Assembly: GCA_036172245.1 (NCBI GenBank) | Contig: JAYWIR010000044.1 | Coordinates: forward strand, 1,550,001-1,614,000 | Length of the DNA: 64,000 nt | Reading direction: 5' to 3' | Source of the DNA: Raillietiella orientalis | Taxonomy: Eukaryota | Shown: positions 49,491 through 61,378 of the stretch, one piece after another | Position numbering within the stretch: the first letter of the stretch is position 1 | Layout: each line of letters begins with the position of its first letter | The notes under the pieces: generated by a model | Seen by the model: only the letters and a program-made list of their open reading frames with translations | Told to the model about the DNA's origin: nothing | Databases searched by the model: none | Translations under genes and position numbers: made by a program

Positions 49491-52440
49491 GGAAGTTTTC
49501 ACCCGGTCACGCCGGGGCGTTAATTGCTAAACAATTTGTTTTCGCGGTACGAGGCCCCGCTACGGCCAATAGTTCTTTCGACCTGCCGGGAAGCCGACTC
49601 GCAGGCCGGCTTGACTCTCCTCTGCAGCGGAGGGGGTAGGAAGTAGAAACGAGAAGAAAAATAAAAGAAATAAACGAAAAGAAACTATTTGGAGGGCCGG
49701 AAATGGATCACAGCCCGCTGGAGGAAGAGACTATCGTTTCGAGGATGCCCTCGAGGTCCCTCTCCATTGTTCCCAGATGGGTCCAGCCGATCGCGATTCG
49801 CAGGTATCGACCAGCGTGTACGATGGGATCCCTGTCGCTGCTTCCTCTGTTGGCTGCGCTCCACGCGGCCACCATTTCTAAAAGGCAGCAAAGTGCTGCC
49901 AGGGCTGAGGCTGGTGTCAGGGCGTGTCGCACGAAGAGGAGTCTCATAACGTCTCTGGGGGTTCTGCCTACCGGCATTGAGAGGTTCGTAGCAAAACGTT
50001 CCCACAAGGGCCGGAGGGCACCGCAGTCCACTAACAGATGGGGGAGGGATTCCTTCTCCCCGCACACTGCACAGTTCTGTTCAACATTCCCCCACGTCCA
50101 GTAGTGGCGGCGCGCGTTGTAGGGAAGACCTCAGTGCAACAACAAGAGCGCCGTTTCCCGCCACTTTAGGGGGAGGATTGATGAAACAATGAACGACGAA
50201 GGCCATTCTAGGTCATCCGTCGGGATGCCAAGCAGCTCACCCCATCTCCGTAGTTCATGTGGGTGAATTCTTGGGGTCGCGGCGTCAGCCAGTTTCCTCA
50301 TGGTCCACCCAGTCAGATCCTTCTCTTTGCCCGCTATCCGGCAGGAGACTTGCCATCTCGGCTTCCGAATATTTTGAAGCGCCCTCCGTAGGAAGGGTAG
50401 CGCCGTGGCCAGTAGGGTCGTCTCCGCCCATGTGCTTCTGGCGGGACACACAATCATGTTCCGCAGCGTGCAACGGGTGTAGATGCCGGTACGGAGGCCG
50501 TTTGAGGATTCTTCACTGATATTGTTTATCTTTGCCCACATTCCAACTGTTTCTTCCAGCCATGCGCTGGAGTTGGCGGGGCTTCAGGTCATCCACGCGT
50601 TCTCCTTTACCAGGGTGGCCCTGCGTCCCAGGAGATGTCCGCATCTTCTTTTTTTCCGGCCGGGGAACAGAAGAAAAAACGCAAGTCCTTCAGTCCCGGA
50701 CACACGTCTGGCGAGAAGGCGGGCCGGTTCGCACCACGGGGTGTTCCACATTTTCGTGCGATGGCTAGAGTACGCCACCGCAGCTGTGTTTCCATTCGCT
50801 CCATCGTCAGTACGCTGAGACCTTCGTCCCAACGTGGAGCGCACAAGTCTTTTAGAGGCACACGACGCCTCCCACCTACCCACAGGGCGATACGTAGGAG
50901 GTCCTTCGTTCTTTTTCTTAATTCACGGGGTACGGGGAAAACAAAAAGTAGGGGGCGAAGGAGGGGTGCCGCGATCGCGTTCCACACCGCGGCCCGTTCC
51001 CGCAAGTGAAGCTTGCTTTCCAGGAACGGGCCGATCGCTGACTCCACTTTTTGGAGACGACCTGACCAGGCTTCTGACTGACAGAAGTCCCCCAACGGAA
51101 CGCCGAGGTACTTTCAGTACCTGTCCGTGGGGATCCCCAGGCGGATCCAATCAGGTCGTCCTGCCCACGTAGCACCAACAGCAACCAGCGATGCCTTCGT
51201 CCTGTTCACCTGTAGTCCTGTCCCACGGCTCAACAATTCGAAGAAATCTTCGACTACCGAAGCCGGAGCGGACATGGGCAGCAGGAGCAAAAGATCGTCA
51301 GCGTACGCCGACACGGCCGGCGTACCTGGACACGAGCTTGGCAGGGCAGCCAATGTCACCCTGTATGCTCTCAGCAACAGTTGGAAATAGGTGCTGAAGA
51401 GTAGGGGACTCAGGCTGTCGCCCTGCAGGATGCCGCGCCTCACCGGCACGCCGAACACGTGCTGTCATCTGAAAAATACGTTAATGATCGTATTGCGCCT
51501 GCAGGCGCGCAGGTGAGCCAGTAAAGTGTACGGGAAGCCCATGCGTTCCAGGAGCTTCAGAAGGAGTTCCTGGTCCGCGCAATCGAACGCTTTGTGCAGA
51601 TCGACTGCGATCGCTAAAGCCCCCTTCCCTTCCCGGCAGTCCTTTGTTTGCCGCGCTGGCGTTTGCAAATTAGGTTTGTCGTCATTTTGTTCTTTTTTCT
51701 TCTCTTTTTCTCCGTATTGTAGATTGAACCATGTGCTGGCGAAGAACAGGTTCGCTTCCATGCTTCGCCCGGGAACAGCGTACGTCTGTTCCGGGCTGCC
51801 GAAGCTGTCAGCTACCTGTTCCAGTCGCGCAGCCCACAGTCCGGCCAGCAGCTTGGCGTCCGTGTTCACTATCGTGATCGGACGCCAGTTGCTTAATTTC
51901 CTGAGGTCTTTTCCCTTAGGGAGGAGCCTCACCCTGGCTGACCGAAACGAGGAAGGAACATCGCCTTGGTCTCGGATCAGCGATGTCAATTTGAGCTTCC
52001 AGGGGGTCAGCTCTGCGACGAACCATTGGAAGAATTATGCCGGCAGGCCGTCCTCCCCTGGCGCCTTACGCCTTTTAAGCCTTTTAATCGGGGTCCTGAT
52101 TTCCTCGGTCGTACAAGGCTTGTCGAGGCTTTCTTTCTTCTCCTCATCTATGGACGGGGCTCCATCTGGGAGCAGGAGCTGCTTAGCGTTTCACTTTGGA
52201 GGTGCCCTTGCGTATAGAGAGAAGTAAAATACGCGCACGAGGCGACGTATCGAAGCCGGCTACGAGTGTTCCTGGTCCAAATCGTCCAGCAAGCTGGGCG
52301 GTCAGGTTTGCCATGCTTGACGCTCGTCCCCGGCTTTGTGTTTCGCCAAGCGACGGACGTCACGGGTCCTTGCGAAACGACGGGCGTGCAATTACGCCCT
52401 TTGGTTGCGGGTTCCTTCTCCAAATCCCCTCTGTGGAGAG
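49491..52440 (-). mobile_element. 5'-truncated LINE (E14), same subfamily as E13 and in tandem with it
   Basis: RT in 51465..51989 and 51114..51458 (YADD); zinc finger in 49708..50067; 3' terminus at 49491-49525. Confidence 0.88.
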
Positions 52441-52656
52441 AGGACGTGCTTTTCCTGCGCTCCGCCTGCGCGCCATGGCGAGTGGTTTTTTGCTGAGTGG
52501 TTTGTGCGTGCACATCGTCGATATCCGATAGCAGCGTTGCCAGAGAACACAGCGATGGAAGTGGGCGTGGGGTATGCTTGTTCGTCCCCACAGCCCACTG
52601 GATCAGGAACATCCGCCTAGGATTCGTCCCCAGCGACGTCGAGCACTTGGAGCGCC

Positions 52657-54404
52657 ATGGTGGCGGCGCCTAGCGTGGGAGCCATGGCCGAGATGGAAGC
52701 CTACAAGAAAGCGGGGTATAAACCTTCGCTAGTTTACAAGGTAGGCAACCTTTTTAATGGGCAAACTGCACGCGCCTTTACGAAGGCGCTGCAGAACATT
52801 AATATCTTCGAAAAAGATCTTGACGGCCTCTCCGTCCTCAGCGGCGGGCAGCGGGTCGAGGTGGTATGCAAAGATATCACCTTGGCCCGACGCCTGATCA
52901 CCGACCCGCTGATCGTTGATGGTCGGAAGATCATGCCGGTGACGATGGACCGCTCGGTGGTGGTCCATCTCACTGGGATCTCCAGTCGCATGACTAGGTC
53001 AGCGGTTCGTGAACAGTTGCAAAAGCACGCAGAAGTGCACGCGTTGTGGCCGAAGTCCACGATTTTCCAAGGCTGCAACAGCCTTTTCGGAGGTCAAGCT
53101 GCGGCGCGTATCACAGTAAAAGAGGGTGGTGCGCTTCCCCACAAGCTGGAGGTCTGCCAAGAAGCGGTGGACCTCTGGTACGTGGGGAAACGCCAATTTT
53201 GTGGCTACTGCAATGCAGTAGGGCATCTACGAAAAAGGTGCCCGAACATTGTGTGCCACCTATGCGGCGAAAAGGGTCACGTTCGGCGCGTGTGCCCCAA
53301 GCGCCCCACCCCAGTGCTCCCTGCCGCCAAAAAGGCGCAGGGAAAACGTGGAAAGCTGGTAGAAAGACCAGCTCGCGAAAATGGCCGTTCCCAACTGCCA
53401 GCCTCCCTTCCTCCCGTACAGACGTCGGAGGAAAGAGCTCCCGTGAACACGGAAATGGTGGAGGGTTGGCAGCTGGTTCAAACCAGAAAAGAAAAAAAAA
53501 AGAAAGTGATGCCAGGAGAAAAGTCGGAGAAAAAAACTGCCGGCAACAAGAAAAAGCCGCGCCGCTTTCAAAAAAAGAACAACTTCGCGAATGCTCGGTG
53601 GCACTGGAACGCTTAGCCGTTCCTGCCGAGGCTGCCCGCGGCAATGTTCAGCAAACAGCTGATACGGACGCGATGGATACTCGCGTAAACGAGCCCATTC
53701 TACGTTTAGAGATTGAGACGCGAGACTCGCGCGCCGACAGCCAGGACGCTGCGCTCGATCAAGTCGCGGAGAAGCCCGCGGCAACGTTCGCCGTCAGCGA
53801 TGACTGCGCGCTCGATAAGGTCGCGGAGCAGCCCGCGGCAACGCTCGCCGCTGGGGAAGACGCGGCCTTCGAGAAAGCGGCGGAGGAGCTCGCAGCAACG
53901 CTCGCCGACCGCGAAACCATGTCGCGCAAGGGCGTACTCAGGTCGGCTCCGACGAAGAAGGCCCCCGCAGGTGAGTGCGACCTGGGGACCGGAAGCGGAT
54001 CCTGCTCCTCGGAGGCACCCCCCAGGAAGTCGGGACGCAAGTCCCAGAAACCCAGGAGGCGCCTCCCCTCCACCAGAGACGAGGACAAACCGGAAGGAAG
54101 CGGCAGCGCGGGAATCCCGGAGGGGGAATACCCACGCCCGGAAGCCGTCGAGTCGGCGACCCCCATAAAGGAGGGTGAGCAGGGGGGTGAAGTCCTCCCT
54201 GCAGTCGGGAAACCTGAGCAGCCCGAACCCATGGAGGAAGGCGAACAGGTAGGCGCGACTCCACCTGCGGGTGTTCCGGCCGACGCGCCGGCACCGATGG
54301 AGGAGGAGGAACAGGTGCCTTCAGTACCTGTCCCCCCTCCCCACCCACCTAGCTTCCCGACCCAGCAGTTGGCGGACGCCGCATCGCCGTTTTCCCAGAG
54401 CTAA
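52657..54404 (+). pseudogene. E15 ORF1, frameshifted in an A-run near 53490
   Basis: CGYCNAVGHLRKRC and CHLCGEKGHVRRVC. The conserved LRECSVALERL and AAEELAA motifs lie in the second frame. Confidence 0.85.
53744..53910 (+). repeat. Three ~57-bp (19-aa) tandem coding repeats in ORF1
   Basis: DAALDQVAEKPAATFAVSD / DCALDKVAEQPAATLAAGE / DAAFEKAAEELAATLAD. Confidence 0.85.
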
Positions 54405-54950
54405 CACCTGGGCAAGCCAGTCGCCGTCGGATTCGCGCGGCCTGTTGGAACGTCAACGGGCTGCGCGACGACGGCAACAGGCGAGATACGGCCGACACTC
54501 TGCGTGAGCTCGACCTGGCGCTGCTCCAGGACATCCACGTGATCACCGCGGCAGACGCCGAGGAGATCGAGACGATCGCGGGGGGTCGGTTGTATTGGCG
54601 ATGCGACCTCCGCAACACCTGCGGGGTCGCGTTCTTCGTGAAGCCGGCCATCGACGCTGCCGTACAGGGCGTGCGGTTTGATGACGACGGTCGGATCGGT
54701 CAGCTACTTCTCAGCTGGTCCGACTCGATCGACCTAATCGTCACAAACGTGTATGGCCTCAGCGGCAAACAGGGGTACCGCGACCGCACCAGGCTGCTGG
54801 AAACCCTCAAACGCAACTGGCTGGCGGATACCAATGTGCGAAAGGCTCACCTGATAGCGGGAGATTTCAATCGAGTGCGGACGTGTTTTTCTTCGCTCTC
54901 GTCTCCGTGCTTTCATCCGCTTCATCTTGGCGTCGTACATTTTGACGACG

Positions 54951-56873
54951 ATGTCGACCCAACTTGAAAATCCTGAAGTTGGAGGAACAGCATCCGGATC
55001 TGCAATCGCGGAACCGACGGCCGCCTCCACTTCCTCTTTCTCGCCAATAAAGAGGAGTTTTGCTGACGTTGCTGCCACAGCAGCCGTCAAAGGGAAGCCA
55101 CTCGACGAGTCGGAGTTGCGGGCATACGTAGCCGAAGGCTATAGACCTGCTCTCCGATATAAGGTGAGTGGTTTTCTTTCTGCGCGCGACGGGAATCAGT
55201 TCAACGATGAACTGACCCGTGTTGGCGTGCGGAAGGAGGACCTTCTCGCCATTATGCCCGTAAAAGACATGGGCTATTTCAACGTGCGTTGCAAAGACGC
55301 TACACTTGTGCAACGCTTGCTGCGCACCCCGCTGTCGATCCGTGGCCAGAAGGTCTTCCCGGCCGCCATGGACGACTCATTTGTGGCAAAGATTTTCCAC
55401 ATCGAGTCGGAAATCTCCGATACTGATATTCGGAACGCGTCCGCGAAATTCGCCACGGTCCATGCGCTGTGGAGGGTGCGTAGCAACCTCAAGGACTTCC
55501 CGTCCATACACAGCGGAGTCGCTGAAGTCCGGCTTACAATGCCGGACCGCCGTCTGCTGCCCACCAAACTACAGGTGAAAGACACGGTCGTTCACCTGTG
55601 GTTCGTGGACAAAGTAAGAACGTGCGAGCAATGCGGGAAGGAGGGGCATTTTTTGGATAAATGCCCCTCCGGAAAATGCCGTTATTGCAAACTATCCGAA
55701 CACCAATTGAAAAATTGCCCGGATCTTTTGCGAAAATAGGCAGCCGCGGAGCTCCATCTGAGAAAACAAAGCGCGGATAAAAAGAAAAAATCTGCGAAAA
55801 ACCTGGAGACCCCACGGCAGAAATTCTGAAGAAACGCGAGGCGGAATGTCGCCCCAAAGCAGCAGGAAACCTCGCAAGCGAAGCCCTGCGCGCCCCCTCT
55901 CGCGGCAGGCGAGCCGCAAAAGAAAGGGTACGGGGAATCCGGGGCAATGGTAAATCCCCCTAGGCGCAATAGCTGTCTTTCCCAAGCACGCCCGGCTCTC
56001 TCGGAGTTCGAGCAACCGGCGGGGACGCCAATGGACAACGGCGGTAAGGGCAATTCCAGTACCGTCAGATCCATTCCTTCACCTCCTGCAGTGGCTGAGA
56101 AGCCCAAATCGGGTAAGAAGGGTTGTGCCGTGTCGACTTCGAAAGTCGGCAAAAAAAAATCCGCGTCGCGATCCAACACCGCGAAAGCGGAGAAAAATCT
56201 CACGCCGTCGCAGTCGGAGAAAAAGCTTTCGACTGGCGCGGATGCCATGCCAACGAAGGGATTAAAAGCCCTTCCGAAGGCAGCGTCCATGACGAGCGTG
56301 CCGGAGCCATCGAAACTGCTCCCGTTTAAAGACGCGGAGGGCTTCAAAGATGGCAATGGAACACAATCTCCATTTACGGCGCAGCGCGAAGTGAGGAACC
56401 GTAATGAAGTAAAGAAGACTTCAGCAAAGGTCCCTCGTGCAACTGCGCGTGAGCACGCTGAAAACGCGCGCGCCGGGAAAGCAGCCGTCACCAAAAGCGA
56501 TGCTCTGGAGACGGAAAAAGACAACAGGACAGCTGTCAATCCAGCAGAACCTGTCACTACTTCGCGGAAGGCCGAAACCCGTTCAACCATGCGCCGGTCG
56601 GTCTCCGAAATGGATGCCGTTCCGATCACCGAGACGAGGACAACTCGTTCGAAAGCGTGTGCGCACCGTTCAAAAGTAAGCAGCCAGACAACGCTAGCCG
56701 CGAAGCCACGCGAAGTCTCCACGAATCCCGACGGGGTTAAGCCTGACGTGGAGGCATTACATGCATGCAGCACGACGGAGGACGGTGGCGACCGTCCCCT
56801 CCAGCCAGTCGTGCTGCTCGCCGTCTGCTCGCCGGATAAAGCGAGCAAAAAGCCGCCACCTTCCCAGCAGTAA
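54951..56873 (+). pseudogene. E16 ORF1 with one in-frame stop at 55737-55739
   Basis: CEQCGKEGHFLDKC and CRYCKLSEHQLKNC. 55947..56873 continues in the same frame. Confidence 0.85.
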
Positions 56874-59800
56874 TGCGGGGAATCGCGTCTTCTCGTCGTC
56901 TGTCCGTAACGTGTTGGAACGTGAACGGACTACAGAACGACGAGAAGAGGCGATTAGTAGCCAACGTCCTGCGCCCCTTCGACCTCACGCTGCTGCAGGA
57001 GATTCACGTAATCTCCGACGAGCAGGCAGCCGAAATCGCGGAGCGCGCAGGCGGAACGCTACATTGGCGGTGCGGCGGCGCACACACGTGCGGCGTCGCG
57101 TTCCTCATAAGAGTAAAAATGGCGGAAGCGGTGCGTAGTGTTCGTTTCGATGACGAAGGACGGATAGGCCAGCTTGTCATCAAGTGGTCCGAGTCCATCG
57201 ATCTCGTCGTTACGTACGTCTACGCGCCGAGTGGTTTTCGCTACCTCGAAGAAAGAGCAGCTTTCTTTGGTGAGGTGCAGAGCCACTGGCTAAAAAACTC
57301 CGGCTTCCAAGTGGCGCACCTCGTCGCTGGGGACTTCAACGTCCGCCTGCTCTTCGACGACTGGAGCCGCCCGAGAAAGCGCGCGCTGCCCATCGAGATG
57401 TGCGCGTCCGTGCACGCCGCCAACTTGATGGTCAGCGAACCTGGAATGGAAAGATCGCTCGATCACGTTTTGCTCGATGAAAACCTGCATTCGCGTGTGA
57501 GTAGGAGAGGAAGATTGTTGACTGAGCTTTCTGACCACTACAGCATGGAGTTTGAGATCCTTCCGCCAGGCAGGGGGCCTCCGTTGCAAAGCTGGAGGAT
57601 GCAGGCGGATTGGCTTAGCGAATCAGAGGCTGCAGAGCATCCACGTGGATCCCCCCGAGGCTTTGCCATTCAAGAACTTTCGGACTGGGACGATCTCAAA
57701 AGATCTGTCCGCGAGTTCTGCTGCCAATTCCCCTTGCACCAGCTTCCACGCGGTTTCGGAGAGGGCGTGGCCAACGGTAGAGACTTTCTGCAGGCCCGCA
57801 CGTTTTCGAGACGCGCGGATGTCGGGCGTCTCGCAGAGTACAAGGCGAGGGCCGAGCGCCAGGTCTGGCAGTCCGGAGCAGCATGCCTGTTGGACGACAA
57901 GGGCCAGGAATGTTCCGCCCCAGCCGAAGTACGCCGCATTGTGAGACGCTACTTCTCCTCGCTCTACGCCGAATTTCCGACGGAGGATATTCTTTCTGAG
58001 ATACTCCTTTCTCAGGATGCTCGTGTTGTCGGCGAGGAGGAACGCGAACGTCTAAACGAGCCCTTCACGGCGGATGAATTTTCGTCCGCCATCGCTGGGC
58101 TGAAGAGACGAAAGGCGCCAGGCGAGAATGGGCTCCCTGTAGAGTTTTATCAGTGCTTTGCAGTGGAGCTCATTCCCTTGATGCTGAAACTCGCGACGCT
58201 GATGAGTGAATCCGGGAATGTCCCGGATTCCTTCCGCTCAGCGGAGGTGCGTCTCCTGCCGAAAGGCGGAGACTTGCGCCAACTTAACAACTGGCGCCCG
58301 ATCAGCTTGGTGAACTCTGACGTCAAGTTGTTTTCCAAGCTGTGGTTCGCGCGGTTAAGAAGTATCGCGGAATCTGTAATGAGCCCGGAACAAACCTGCG
58401 CGGTTCCGGGACGATCCATGGAGGCGAACATCCTTTTCGCGCGTACATGGATGCAGCTGGAGGAAGTTGTGGCTCAGCAAAGCCAGGCTGCTGCGAAAGT
58501 CACTGATGCAGGCAAAAAGAACAAGCGCCGACGGCAGGAGGGAACGCCAGGTGCCTTGGCGGTCGCGGTCGATCTCCACAAGGCGCTCGACTGCGTAAAC
58601 CAGAAGCTGCTTTTGGAGCATATGGAACGCCTTGGGTTCCCGGCGGAACTCCTGCTGTATTTCCGCGCGTGCTGGCGCCACGCACTAACCTGCATCACTT
58701 TTAGCGGCTGCCGCGTGTATGGTATTCCCGTTCGTAGGGGTATCCGACAGGGCGAGAGCTTAAGCCCGTTGCTCTTCAGCATCTTCTTTGAGTTGGTGCT
58801 AAGAGCATACAGGCTGACGCTGTCTCACTTGCCAAGCTCCTGCCCGGGAACGCCTGCCGTGGCCGCCTACGCTGATGACCTGCTTCTTCTGCTCCCCATG
58901 TCCACCCCGGCGTCCAGTGTCGAGGATTTCTTCGAGCTGATTCGTCGGACAGCGGGCGTGAGCGTGAACAGAGAGAAGAGCGTGGTCGTTCCTGTGGGTA
59001 CGTCGTGGGATGGGCAGTCCGACTGGATCCGCCTGGGGATTCCCACGGGCAGGTACTTTAAGTACCTTGGCGTTCCGTTGGGCGCTTTCAACGCAGCCGA
59101 AGAGTGGGCGGACTGTGTTCAGAAAGCAGAGTTGGCCATCAGGCCGTTCTTTAACGGCAAGTTTACCTTGCAGGAACGGGCGACTATTTGGAACACTTTT
59201 GTGGCCCCCCTCCTCCGTCCCCTGTTTTGTGTTTTGGACCCCCCCTATGCGGAAAACAGCGGGCTAAACGCCTGCTCAGGAACGCTCTTTGGGGTATGGC
59301 GAGATCCAGGATCCGCCTTAAAGATTTGATAGCTCCGCGTCGGGATTCTGGTTTGGGTATCTTGACAATGGAGCGAATCGGACTGCAGGTGGAGTTCTGA
59401 CTGCTGGCACTGCGTGCCCAGCTATGGACATCCCCCTGTGTGTACCAACCCGCAATTTCCTGCGGAGATGCGCCGGCAGCGGAGGATTTCTCTCGCTTTT
59501 GCCGGGCACTCAATACAGGAAGCTGGGTTTCGGGTTAGCACTGCGGCAGTTGACCGCACTTCTGGAAGCTCACTCGTGAATCTGCTGCCGCTTCATGAAC
59601 TTTTAAGATTGGCGGCAAGAGTCTGTCTAATTCTGGGTGGCTTTTCAAGAAATACGCCCTGAAGGTCTTTGCCTTCTGCTCTAATTTTTGCCACGATCCT
59701 TGGAAGAAGTGCTGCAGGACAAGGTGAAGTTTTGTACCCTGGCTGAGACGCCTCTTGCCGCAGCGCTGTCTGGCCTCATGGCAAGAAACGATAGTTGCCA

Positions 59801-60464
59801 ACCGGCGTGCTGCGAGGTTTCCTTCACGATAGAGGGAAAAACCAAACTTCTTGGCGCCTGGAAGACGAGTGAGTTGGCGGACGCCGCCACTCCTCGTGTT
59901 ACTGCAAAGGGACTCCTCCGGTGGGAAGAAGAACTTGCTGTCAGCTTCGAAGAACTTGTAGTCCATGCACAGTGTGTTGACAGTTCGCTGCTTTCCCTTG
60001 CTTGGAAACAAGTTGTGCTGCTTTTCGTTCACTGGGGTTTTCAGTGCAACGAGCGTTGGCATCGTGAATCCGGGGGACTTGCGTCTGCGAACTGCGTTCG
60101 GTGCGGATCGACGGAGTCGATTCCGCACCTACTTCTGGACTGCGGTGTCCTACAAGGACTGTGGCGTACGCTGGCAACAGCACTAATGCATCCCGTGGAC
60201 ACCGCAAGAGACTTGCTGCGACGATTCTTCACGCCGAGCGGGCTCTCACTAAGCGCAAGGATCGCAACCATCGGTTGCATACGCGCGATAGTTTCCGTCC
60301 TTTAGGCGTTGGTAATCTACGGACAGCACCAAGAGGTAATCAGCAAAGCATCCTTCTACATGGGAGCATCCGCTAGATGGCCTCATTTGACAGAGAAGAG
60401 AAAAAGGAATCTCGCCGCAATACACCGCCGGTTTACACACGCTCAGCAGCGGCCAACCCGGTGA
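56873..60464 (+). pseudogene. E16 ORF2: EN and RT open for 818 aa, C-terminal region disrupted
   Basis: WNVNGL, LQEIH, GDFN, LDH, SDH, WRPISL, RQGESLSP, YADD and KYLG; zinc finger in 59688..60305. Confidence 0.92.
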
Positions 60465-61378
60465 TCATTGCCCTACCCTCCATAAACTAATTTTGTATTC
60501 TCTTATTACACCCGCGTCCCCATAGGCTCCGGAACATATTAGGTGCTCATCGTTTAAATCCCCGTAAGTACGGAGCCTAACCAAAAACCCGTTACCCTTC
60601 CCTCCAGTTTTTGATTTTTGTTTGTTTCCCCTCATTCCCCCCACGCTGCGAGCGGTTTGTTTACCAGACCTGCGTGCCGGTAATTTTTCTATGTTCTCTG
60701 TCGTACTGTTGGTTAAGGACATTGTCCCTGACCAGTTTATTATTATTAATAAACGCCCCGGCGTGACCGGGTTCTAAATTTTAATCTCCGTCTGCTAACA
60801 GGTGAGCCAGAAACACAAGAGAACGCGATTAACGAGTTGTGCGCCACCATGCGTGCGCGCAACTTCTTCGAGGGTGAGAGGGGAATGGTCCGAGCATTGA
60901 CAACGTCTTCCTCGAGGCTGACCTGTGTTCACGGGTCGGCAAACGGGGGCAGATTGCCTCCACGCTGTCAGACCATTCCCGGCTAATTTTCGGGATGCCG
61001 CCTCGCGACAAGGGACCGCCATCCAGGCACTGGCGACTCCCCGAGGACTAAACGCGACTCTCAGTTGAAAAGGTACACCTTCGCGAATACCTGAGAAGCG
61101 TCACGCTCCGGAATCTCCAGGACTAAGACGTTTTTAAGGAATCGGTCCGCGAATTCTGCGAGCAGTTTCCCCTGGATCGCCTGCCCCCCGGATTTGGCGA
61201 GGGTGCTCGCAACCATCGAGCCTATTTACAGGCTCGTATTTACGAGAGAACCCCTAATGTCCATCGCTTGTCCAAGTACCGCTCTGGGGCCGAACGCGAA
61301 GCCTGTTAATCCGGGTCGGCCAGCTTCCTGGACGACCAGGGCCGGGAATGTTCGTCCCCGTCGTCGGTACGGCATCTC

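Larger units (their letters stand above)
54873..60777 (+). mobile_element. Full-length LINE (E16) with 9-bp TSD, inserted in the GDFN codons of E15
   Basis: ATTTCAATC at 54864-54872 versus ATTTTAATC at 60778-60786 (perfect ATTTCAATC at 806-814 in the paralog). 5' motif at 54878-54898; hairpin at 60748-60772. Confidence 0.92.

Noticed and set aside
776..60775. Recurrent palindromic ~27-bp motif as a CRISPR repeat, REP element or Rho-independent terminator
   Set aside because: Copies are irregularly spaced, occur on both strands, always mark LINE 3' ends, follow AATAAA and have no downstream U-tract.
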